From: Phoronis australis
Taxonomy: Eukaryota; Animalia; Phoronida
Assembly: GCA_002633005.1 (NCBI GenBank)
Contig: NMRA01000684.1
Coordinates: 85,050 to 149,049 of the forward strand
Length of the DNA stretch: 64,000 nucleotides
Direction of reading: 5' to 3'
In this document: positions 41,101 through 53,100 of the stretch, piece after piece
Numbering within the stretch: position 1 is the first letter of the stretch
How the letters are laid out: every line of letters starts with the position of its first letter
Notes under the pieces: generated by a model
Seen by the model: the letters and a program-made list of their open reading frames with translations, nothing else
Told to the model about the DNA's origin: nothing
The model's database searches: none
Position numbers and translations under genes: made by a program

Positions 41101-44100
41101 ATGGCTCACCTATAGTTCTAAAATTAACAGTAATGTCTCCAATTTATCAATAATATCCGACAGTCCTGAAAAATCATTGAGCGCGGAATTTCTAGACCAT
41201 GAGCCTCGCCACTATGTTGGTATTTAGCCATGACTGTACACTTCAAACTTCTGCAGTGCGAGGAACGTGTCCCACCATGGTTAGGCCTTTCAGAACAGAT
41301 GCAGCGTACTTGTCAACGGGATTGTATTAATATCTTTCCCGTACAGATCTTCTCCCTCAACAGGAATCCAATTTCTTTGTACATGTAAAAACTGTGAATC
41401 TAAGACTATAAAAAAAACTTGACCAGTGTTAAAAGCACAGGGCCAAGAAGCACGCGCAACATATATGTAGCTACTCTGGCAAATGAACTCTGAAAAGAAG
41501 CACGTGCTCGCTCACTCGGCACACACCTCCAGACTAACTTCAAAACAAACGTCACGTGACAACAACATTACGTGTTTGTACAGATTTTTCTCGTGCTGCA
41601 GGGAGCGATCTAGCGCAAGGCCATGGTATTCAAGTCAGCGGTGTGGCACGTTATTTCTTGGTTGTTCACCTCAATTCAAAAAAAGAAACTCCATTCAAGA
41701 TGAGAAAAAGCGATGCGGGTTTTGTTTTGTTTTTCTTTACTCACTGCTTGGCAAAACCATGGTGTTTCAAACCTTGCTTGCCTGTGCCAACATACCTTTA
41801 TGTAACTATGCAGCTACTCAACAGAAGAAGACGTAGCTTGGCTGAAACTGATGCAAGCGAGCGATTTTTTTTTCTCTTAGCTAGCGAGAGTGACTCTCAA
41901 AATGAATCGGTGTACAGGCCAGATTCATCTTATGTTAATTGGCCTATCATGTAGTCTGAGAGGTAGCAGAACTGATGTAGCATTGGAGTATAGACGAAAT
42001 TTGCCTGTGGCTACACATGCGAAGCAAAAACAGGCCGTACTTTTGGTTCAACTTACCTCATTGTTGACTCGTTGAGGAAAGAAAACCTAGGATTACTGAG
42101 GATCATCCGGTGAAGACTGGTCCTAGTCTCATAGTCTTTGTGGACAATCTGAAAACATACCGTCCCTTAAATTACAACGTCCTGGCTGAGGAAAATCGGT
42201 GGTAATTACAAGTGACTTCTCCGTTTAATCATCGGCAGTTATTAGATGTCAAAGTGTTAAGTAGCAGGGCAAGGCCTACTTACAGTATCAACCATATATT
42301 ATAGACAACAGATTTGCAACTCCGACATTTTCTTCCGTACTATCCTAGAGATGGCACCACTCTCCTAAATTATCTGGTTCATTTTCTGGTTAGTGTATTG
42401 TGATGGGAAATTTTCGCATCTATTTTACTGTCCAGTGCAACGAAAACGAAATAATAATTTCGGCATTGAGACGCTGTTCAAAATCTTAAAATAGTATAAC
42501 TCTTGGTACCGTGAGTACTTTTAGCAATGCTACTACCACCCGATCATACAACAGCCGACCAAGATTAGCAGACCATGTACTTGCCAGACACAACACCAGA
42601 TAATTAGGCCACGTGTCGCTAATGAATAATGACGTAACGTTGTATGGAAAAGCACAGATTTCAGATTTCGTCCATTGAAAGTATACAGAGTTGGCGGTAC
42701 CAACATATTGTACAAGAGTCATGTTAAGGGGTGAAAACTATCAGGTTAAGATTAATCGACAAGTATGTATATTCAGCCAAACACCTACAAACTGAATAAA
42801 TTTTAACGTACTATGAATATTCTGAAAATAGAAAGTCTGTGGAATTTGATTTTTAATGTCATATTACATCCACAGTATATGGGTCAAATGACCATGCGCT
42901 TTTAGAAAAAATCATTAAAAAGGAACAAGGAATATTCACAGCAAACAGCAGCATCCTGAACAACACGGCAAAATAAGATTTGAACATTTGAGATGAAATC
43001 TCAAAAATGCTGCAATTTACTCTAATTACATCATATTGCAGCTTTTGGGCTTTTTCATAAAAACAAAACCACGTTACTAACATTTGTAATCGCCACCATG
43101 CAAAAGTGAAACATCAAATAACAAAAAACAATTCCTAAAAGGTTTTGGCAAACACTGTATAAAGCACAGCATGTATCCATTTCACCTGAATCCGATCCGC
43201 TATTTCTGATATACGATGTTCTGAACCAAATTTGGACATTTTTTCTAAAGTCCTGCATAATCTTAAATGTTCTGCGAGCAATCACACGAAATTAGTACAC
43301 TGTCTGGCAAAAGTCTAGCAAAATGGAAAGGAAGGAAGTGTTGAATTATGGCAGCCTTGACAGGTTATAACACCTGAAATGCAATTCTCTTCATGGCATA
43401 AGTAAAAATTTCCCAAAGCAATTGACCTATTGCCAGGACTTTGAGTGACGGCTTAGGTGACCAATTAGAATGCCGCCTTCTTGACACACCTTCATTTCCA
43501 AGCTGCCATTTTACCCGACAAACAACACGACGCTGGGCAAAACATTATTGTTTGTCGACATTTTGCAAGGGGGCGGAGCTTGCAATAGATCAATTGTCTC
43601 GTGAAAGCTTACCTTTACCGATGGTGGGGCCAATGGTGCATTGCAGGGAGGCTTGCTAAATGCTCTCATCTTTGATGATATTTCTCCTGACAACAACACA
43701 ATAAAATTCAAAATGGTGCAAAATATTTTCCAGTATTTGCAGAAAGGTAACATGCAGATTCTTTATTTTGTGCACAAAAACAATAGGTACATCACAAACC
43801 AATGGCAAACGGTTCCTATTATTGCTTGCGACCAGTATGGGAATGACCTGACAACACTATAAGGCAGTGGGAAGCAGAAAAACATTTTCAATGGAATGAT
43901 AGTCAATGGTAAATTCACTCTGAGATGGCATTGCCAAGGCACCGTTAGTCTTTATTATCACGAAGATGAATAAGAGCAACGTAGAGTATTGATATGCGCC
44001 ACCGTGTGCAAATTTTTTTTTAAAAAGGCACAGCAATGCTACATTTTTTAAAACATTTCCGTCTCACTAAAACAATAAGTGAGCAACAATGAGTGTACTA

Positions 44101-47100
44101 AAACTGAGGCTACAAGGGACAGTGCTAGTCACCTGAAAATTGGCAAAATGTAATTTTGGTAGATATTGGGACTGACGCAACTTATTCTTGCCTTAAAGAA
44201 CTTTATCTTAAAAAAAAGCTATGCACACGGTGATATTTAAAATTAATGGATTTCACCAAACTCGACAATTACCTTAATTTTTAAGGTAACTGTCCTTGAG
44301 GAAAATTAACAATTGCCTTACCACCTTTGTTTTCTTCTGCTGATGGCAAAGTTTCACTAACTGCACCTTTAATGCTGTGTTCGAGTTTCTTTGAGCTTGC
44401 CCTTGGTTTCCCTCTTTTGCTTGTGGACAAATACGACGACCATTGTCTCCCCTCACTGGACGACAGAGTAGACACTTCTACATATTTTTCTTGAGCTCCC
44501 GTGGACTGCCCTAGATGGCTGATCTCTGTTCTTTCCTTAATTTCAAGAGGTTCTGACAACGAATATGGTTCTATTTCTTCATCTGCAACTAAGAGCGGTT
44601 CAGAGGCGGTGTAAGAAGCGACCATTGCTCGTCGCTGTGGTAGTGGTGCTATTGGCTTCGACATGCTATATGTTTGTGATGGTAACCGTGGCACCGCTAG
44701 TGGTGGTGGTGATGATGTTGGAGCGATACGTTTCGCTAATTTTGACACTGGCTGCTTATGTAACAGGATTGGACGTGAAAGTTTATCTCTATGAATACTA
44801 CTTGCTTTTGGTGGTTTTGGAGCAGCTGCACACAGACCATAGAGAAGTTGTGGAGCAGCTCTATCCTCAGCACCAATTTGATGGGATACAGCTGGTGATG
44901 GCAAAGGTCCACCACCATGCACACTTCCACGTGGTGGTGGTGGCGGCGGCGGTGGTGGGCCAGGTCTATGCATGGCACCAAATTGTTGAGCTCCAGTTGG
45001 TGGTTGCGAGGGTTTACGTTCTAGACGTACACTTCTACATGGTGGTGGTAATGGTGATGCTAGTGGTGGTGGTGGTGGTGCTGATGACGGTAGTGGTGCA
45101 TGATCACGACTATGCATGGCATGGGGTTTCTTTTGATGAACCACTTCTTGCGGTGGTGGAGGTCCAGTGACAGCAGTGCGCTTCTTGCGAACATGCGGCC
45201 GTAGTGGCAGTTGAGAAGATCTGTCTGTACCCCACACTATCTCATCATGAACTGGTAACCGCGGTGGAGCAGAATTATCTGTATCCCCCATCGACGACGA
45301 CATCACACCTACTGCTGGGGAAGGTCCGCCACCTCGCATACTTCCAGGTAATGGTAGTGGTCGTAACGGTGAAGAAACTTCAAGCACGGACGGAGGTGAT
45401 TCAAAATCCTCAGTCCCATAGGTATTATCTTCATCACTGCTAAAGTCATCACCCTCATAAGTGTCATCATAGACCTCACAGCCCATATCGTCACCAAGTG
45501 ACTCATACAGGCTCTCATCATTGTAACCAAGTTCGGCGATTTCTATTGGGAGAGTATCTGCAATAGTGATGACTAACATTTAACAAAAGTTATCACAGTT
45601 AACTTTTAATCAAAAATAACAAACACACAGCCAAATTACTGAATGAAGAGAACTTACTAGGCCTAAACTCTCCTAAACAAGTGCACCTCGTATCGCACTT
45701 AATGTAAACATCGAAAGTTGAGGTTTTTGTTTGTCCATGAAAGACATTATTGAAGCAGATTTATCCATATCCCCCACCGACATTCCACGAGGTATACCTA
45801 GTGCTGAGGAAGGACCGCCACCTCGCATACTTCCAGGTAATGGTAGTGGTCGTAACAGGGAAGAAACTTCATGCACAGACGGAGATGATACAAAGCCCTC
45901 AATCCCATAGGTATTATCGTCATCCATGCTTAAGTATTCACACACATAGGTATCACCATAACCCACAGAAATGTTGGCATAGACCTGACGGCACATATCC
46001 TCACCAAACAGACCAAACTCAAAGCTCTCTTCATAAGACCCATAGCTCTCCTCATCAGACCCAAGGCTCTCCTCATCAGACCCAAGGCTCTCCTCGTCAG
46101 ACCCAAGGCTCTCCTCACCCCACTTAATCGAAATTGCTTTAGGGAGAGTATCTGCAATGGTGATGCTAAAATTTAACAAAAGTTACAACACAGTTAACTT
46201 TTAATCACAAATAACGAGCACACAGCCAAATTACTGTTTGAAGAAAACTTACTAGGCCCAAACTCTCCCAAACACTGAGGTGCACCTTGTATCACACTCA
46301 ATGTAAATGTCAAAAGTTTGAGGTTTTTAGTCCATGAAGGATTGAAACATATCATGTTATCATGACTCTTCTGTGAACAACAGCAGCTCAGAGCAAAGAT
46401 ATTTACCAGAAGGGTAAAAATAGAAAGGGTGATAGACTGGTGACGCACAAGATTCAGTTATTTCCCCAGCCTAAAGAGCGCAGCACTAGTAACACAAAGA
46501 AAACTGGAGAGTGCAATCCCCTCTTTAAAAACCTCTGTCACAGCTTTTGTCTTTCACTGCGTAACATCAATCAAAGAAATATACACATCACGTGGTGGAT
46601 GTCAAAAACTACTATTGTCACCAGAAGGGATTCATCACTTTCTATCATGATACAATTTTCATTTCTCTTCTCGCAAAAATTGGTTTAAATAACGCACACG
46701 ACATTTGCCTTGGTATAATGCATGAATTTACAATACGTATCAGAGCATTTAATTTCTATCAAATAAAATTTGAGAAAGGAGGGGAGAGGGTGAGGGGGAG
46801 GAGGTGAGGGGGAGGATGGTACATGCCAAAAATTACAGTAAAATGACCACTAATAAAGTGGCACAAAACAGGTTGAATCCAAAAACAAAAAGGTGGTGTT
46901 GTCTCCCTAATACGTACCTATTTGTCAAATTCCAAGAAACAACATTAAGGAACTTCGAAGATACGGAGGCAAAAGTAATTGCCACTAGGGGACACACCGG
47001 GAGTCAGATGAGCATGAAACTTTGATTGTGCTGACCTATTCATGATACGGACATTTTCTATAAAATTTCATGAGCATCCATCCATTGGTTTTGAAGATAC

Positions 47101-50100
47101 AGCAGCGGGCATTGGACAGACGCCGTAGGGACACATTGGGATGACAGCAATACCCCCACAAATATTATGTAGGTTCATACAAATATTTTTACCGTTTTCC
47201 AGGTATTCCACTTGTGACAGGAACCAAGTGTAAAGAGTTCTCTAGGTACGTAATAGTATTTATTTTCCGCGAGTTCCTTCCCCACAAAAATATTATAATA
47301 GTCAGATTATTTTCATTGGCCATACATTATTTCCGATATCTAAACGAGAGTGTCAATTGGAGTACCCGAGGGCCACTAGCCTGAAAGTGTTTACTACATC
47401 AAAATTCCACCAGGGGTCTAGGAAAGAGAAATAATGAACAGGAAATAAATAAATCGATAACTCTTACAGAAAACAAGAACGAAAATGGTCAAATGGTCCA
47501 AATGACTGTAGTTGACATTGTCCTCGTGCAGCGTCACAATTCAGACAATTTTTTGCAGCTGTATGCAACAGATTAATGCAACTAAAGGTTTGCAACTCTT
47601 TTCAACCGAACCACAATTTCATGCCAAACTAGATAAAAACACAAAAGATTTAAGTTATCACATGATTATCATGATTATCCATGGTTTCACACAAATACTG
47701 CTTAGGGAATAAAATAGAGCAGTTCAGGTATCCATGGCGTGAACTCATGAAATCACTAGAAGTTTTCTACTCATCTCATGAATTTCCCAATAAGTTTGCA
47801 TTTCCCGGAAACTATTTTAATTGTATAATTGTTTTCAAGTTTCTCACATTTGACAACTTGATCTAGAACAATGTCAGGTGTGAAATCTTCATTCTCCTGG
47901 TGAGATTTTGTGGATTTAATATAGCTTGCTTGAATTAAGAAGCACCTCCTAACATGATTATTACCGAATTTATCAATCCGTCCATGCACCATCTCCAAAG
48001 AAATGTCAGTAGCCACCTGAAATAATAATTATATAACACTAATATCAAGCAATCACTGTAATAATAAATCAATAATCGTCCAAATATAATCGAACAGAGT
48101 TTTTTTCTAAATCTACACTGCACCGAGGACCAACTCCAGCAAAATGATGTAATGTTATCTATCACAATTAGGTAACTTCGTAAGGGACATAAAGCGGACG
48201 AAGCATTGAGCACAGCAAGGGAGTACCAGATAATGACATAAAGCAAATTATGTCGTCATGGACTGTACAGAGTTGCCAGCATAGCTAGTCAGGATGGTCG
48301 AAAATCCTGAGCTAATGCCAAGTCTTTGTTTAGAAGAAGATGACAGAGAAGCAGACGGCAAAGAGTTACCTAACGAATCAAAATGTTTTCACTGTCTCTA
48401 TTACTTTGTCTAGCTTATAATCCTTGAAGTCCCGAAGACTGCATCATGGTTTGCATTAGGCAGCAAATCAAAACCCTCAGACATGGGATGCACTTGTACT
48501 GCGCGGACATTCACTTGTATTCAGTGACTGGTGACCAATCTAAAGAGGGATCAGGGACCTCCATACCAAAAGTCAGAACATCTTACTGGTCAAATGGAAG
48601 AGAAAACTGTAAAATGGCCATTCACACAATCAAAAGATTTAGAACAAAAGACAATAAGCCCCTCGCTTTAATTTAACTAATTAAAATTTTCACCAAGGAT
48701 GAAGTGAACAAACACCGCATGTAAATTTAGTCATAATGTACAAAAGATTTTTGGAAGCTGCATGGCTCTGCTATTTCTTTTTTCCCTGAGAGAAGATAGC
48801 AGAGTGAAGCACTAAGCATCTGTCAAAAAACCGTTGTAAGACTTACCATCATGTCTACAGGTGTCTCTGTGTCCCAGCCGATATAATCTAGAATGTCACT
48901 TCGTTCCCTGTCAATCAACTCTTGCATGCTTGGCCCTTGGTCAAAAGTTTCGTGCTTAAACATCAAAAAAATTAATACAAAACTGAAACTGGATGGGGCG
49001 TGGTCATAATGATTGTACACCGCTTCTCATTAAATGCAATGTGCACCTGTCAAACGTGCAAGTTTCAGGTACAGTCAGGTAAAGACACCTGACCATTGTA
49101 ACTGTTTTCAAAATTGGAAAAGTGTCATAACAGCCCATCCCATAATTTTCAAAATTCAGTGTAACTCACTGGAAAAAAAAGTTATTGAAATAATATTAGA
49201 CAAGTGCAACCACAAATTAGTGGTACCCTGTGATGTCATCCCATTTGTAAGTTTGATGACTTTCAGCACAAAGGGCAAGTTAGCCATAGTCTGGCATCAG
49301 CCACGACATAGCATCTCCACCATGCATCTTATTAACACAGTCACCGTTTTAAAAGTTTAGTGAACCTCTTTTTCGGTTTTAAAAACAATAAATTCCGCAC
49401 TTTATCATAGTGCAAAGAGTGATTTTTTTGCATGCCTCATTAATAGTTATGTCTCAAATGCGTTGTTTTTAAAACCTAAAAAGGGGTTCAATTTTATAAT
49501 GACAGCTGCGCGAATAAGGCAAACAGGGAGCGTTTTTAGATTCACGGGTTCTTACAGGAGCAGGATCAAGAACAGAAAAAATGAATCAAAGTAACGAATT
49601 GAGAAGTAAAAAAACTTCCCATACCAATGAAGCCACTAAAACAATGGATCGTCTTCAATTTAATTGGTCTGTGATGTTAGCAGCAGCTTGTGGGATATTA
49701 AAGTAATGAAGTGGGGTGCCCTTTTGGCCTCATCACTGGTATTATGCGATCACTGTTTATAGAGGACTCAAAAGGCCGGGTCTTTGCCTTTACAGTACCT
49801 GGTCTCGTTTCTCCACGGCTATGAAACTAGTAAACTGTGTAACAATGGAATACTTCTTGCTGATGTTCACAATGGACGACTGTCGCTTCATTTTAACTGC
49901 CTGAAAATTAGAAATACATCATTTGTAGCAGGCTAAATATGAAATACAATGCAACCCTACCGTCGAGCATAACATACCATGTCATAGCTCACGATCAGAA
50001 AATTCAACCCATTTAAATAAAATTTGTGTTAGAAACAGCGTGCCATAAAATTCAACTTTTGCAGCAGAAGCATCGGCAAATTTAAGTCACCAACAGTCAA

Positions 50101-53100
50101 GATGCCAGAAAGCAATTGACTGCGTGGCACTATGAGTGAGCTGCTCAGACCTGTCATTACTTACTTCATGTTCCGATCGTTCAGAAGACAAGGTTCCATC
50201 CTCCCAGTCGTGGATTATAGCTTTGGCAGCTAGTCTGTGCAGAATCTGGGGAGCAAAAGAAAAAATATAAACTACTAACGTTGGGAGTAAGAGGTATCTT
50301 AACAATGTTGCTTTTCGGCTAAAATAGTAGGAAGAGTCTAATCACTAGCGCTCAGGTGAAGATTGACATATCCATATCCGACCAAAATTATATATAATAT
50401 TATTATGTTAATGTATATATTCACACTGCACAGGATCACTTGGAAACTTAATGCATGATGAGATAAATATACTGAGTACAGGACAACACCAATCATCACA
50501 GCTGGAGATTGTAAGCTCCAGACCTGTTCCTGTTTAGGTAACGCTCCGCATTTTTCTCCCTTACGCACTATAACTAAAGCTAAAACCATTCTTTATAACA
50601 AAAACATCTCAATGAACTGACACTTCTTCACTGTTTCATTTTTTCAATTTTGTCTTTAAACCTTTGTTTAAAGTTAAAACCCAGCCGTGCATATGCGTGT
50701 GTCATATCAAAACAGCAAAGAAATACGTTAACTGCTGTGAGATTGCACTTGCCTTCAGTTGGTCATCGGCACAGCTTCATTGTAAACAATGCCGTGCTAT
50801 CATCAGATTATATTTTTATGGATAGTTTTGCTTGGACACAGCCGTGTCCTAGTAGCAGATATACCAAAGCACACAAGCTGCAATTTGGCGACAACATGCC
50901 CTTGGCCATTACAATCAGTTAAGCGTGGTGTGGTATATGCGCAAACATAGTGTCCGATATTCGGGTTCTCTGAGGGTTTACTAGTTGTGTTTTTTACAGT
51001 CAGAACATAAATATGGCTTGCGGTGACAAGATTTAGTAACTACAGAAAAATTATTCCATAATAAGTCTTTATTTCAGTATTTAAGAATTTACAACTAGCT
51101 GTAATATTCTCAGTAAAATATAATGGAAAATTAGCCAAAACGTCCAATATTTAGGTCGCTTGACTGTAGTGTTCAGTCGAGTACAGCAAAAAGTCACGTA
51201 ATCGAGTTCCTAGGTGTGTGATCACCATTTCACGGATCATCACTGACCATCTCTTGAGCCAGATGGACAACCAGACTTAGGTCTATCGTTTTGTATGTAA
51301 CCATACCATGTGACTTCAACAGGTCACCGGTATTTAATGATTTTGTTTCATATCTTTCGTTCTTCCAAGAACCTAGTAGGACAATTATGGACCAGTCTGA
51401 CACCTGATACAAGACTGGACAACCATCAGTAAGAGAGAATGAGAAGTCAACACAACAAACCTTTCCTCTAGAAACTTGAAGTTCATGAGTTGAGACCATC
51501 GTAGAAACTTCCTGTCCGTCTATTTCCGCTTTCAGTGTGGCCTACGAGTTACAATTAACACCAATAATAATTCAGAACATTTTGTTATGATCTGCAGATT
51601 TCGCTGATAAATTCCTGCTTAAATTTACTTGCAAATGACGTTATGTCACAAAATGGTAGCATACAGAAAAAATAGCTCATAATATTTTGGTGTCGTTTTG
51701 GCGAAAATGTACACAGTTCATTCTAGCTCAAATTAATGGCGAGTTAGATGAATTATAACAAGTGCCTACCTTGGTGCAGTTGGGGATAAACCCATACACA
51801 ACAAGCCGTGAACCGTTGAACAAAGCCGTCACAAGGCTAGGTGCTTGAATGTACTCGCCCTCGGCACCATGTGTTTCCCAGTCAACTGACACTGAACTCA
51901 GCCCAGGCTGGGCAGATTTCTCAAGCTGGCTAACAACCTAATAGTGACACATAGAGTCAACTAACCTGAAAATCTAGGTATGGCTGAGCCCCTGATATTC
52001 CTTAAACGATAATACCATGATTTTATATTACAGCATTGAATATCTGCTCTGGCCTTTTAGCCCGTACAGCTCAACTTCCCTGAAAAGTTGAAGTCTTAAT
52101 TTGACAATGAAGCTCCCAATGAGGCTAACAGGCCTAAAAAGATCACAAGAAAATGCTTTGTAGCTGACAAAGACTGATTACTGTGAATTTTGTACTGTGA
52201 TCTCCGTGAAAAATTGTGATTTTTGAGAATAAACACAATAACGTGATTACGAACACCTGGGAACTGTTTATGGGCACATAATATAATTTTGTGATCATAC
52301 CGTATTAAAAGATTACAGTTTAATGGTGAAAATAAATCTTAGCGATGAGTTATTCGCAATCAATGGGCCTCCCCGTGGGTATAGTAAATTCTGTTGAAAG
52401 CCTCGCATCTTAAACACTAACACCTGTAAATTTGGTTCCTACACCAACTATGTTAAGAGCATAGCTCTAAGCCATTGCCAAACGTAACAAACTGTTAGGC
52501 ATATTGGCTTGCTTTTGTCTACGCGACCGCGATAATCACCTTTTAATTCAAATAGCTGCGGATAACACCTCCACGCAATGACCCCTTTTCAATTCCAACA
52601 TTTTTCGTTTGTGCAGGGATCTTATGGTGACGCAACATGGCACAAAAAAGGCAGCTTCATTTATCATTTGAAGGGCTTACATTTGCGCGATTGAACTCGA
52701 ATTTTCTTATTTTACAAACACTTTGATAGGACTATCTGGTTAGACAAATACATCTAAAATAACAAAATTCCATGATTGAAATTAGGCTTTAACACACTGC
52801 TTCAAATTCTCTGAATAAAAGTTTCTGCACATATCAAGTGTTTGAAATGTGTTCAACATTCGCTACTGTCTGCGCATAAAAAGATCTATGCATATCCAAG
52901 ATGATAGGAATATAGACAATATCTTTTGAGTGTTTTACCTTTCTTTCCCACTTCGACTTAGTTTTGCTGTCAAAGTATTCATAGAATCCACCACTCACTC
53001 GAGCCAACGTACGAAGAAGATAGCGATTAGGGGAAGAACTGGAAATATATGATGACTAATCATTACATTTTGCGAAATTCCTTATGTTTAAGTACGAAAT

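Noticed and set aside
43186-43220. Candidate 35-nt exon (tcag|...CAG|gtgaaa)
   Set aside because: It contains TAG in the required phase 0 and is not needed for the RI alignment.
30433-43686. An independent, intact PRKAR1 gene nested in a PARP4 intron
   Set aside because: No dimerization/docking exon, no start exon, no RRGA inhibitor site and no stop at the RI C-terminus; both ends have splice sites in phase with PARP4 exons. Only transcripts can exclude it fully.
44565-45170. 201-aa Val-rich plus-strand ORF, and similar ORFs at 45204-45443 and 45750-46127
   Set aside because: Antisense shadows of the CCA/CCN-rich Pro-rich exon; no independent signals.
51228-52212. Possible TIR pair TTTCACGGA...TCCGTGAAA
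   Set aside because: Short match enclosing two ordinary PARP4 exons, with no TSD; likely chance.
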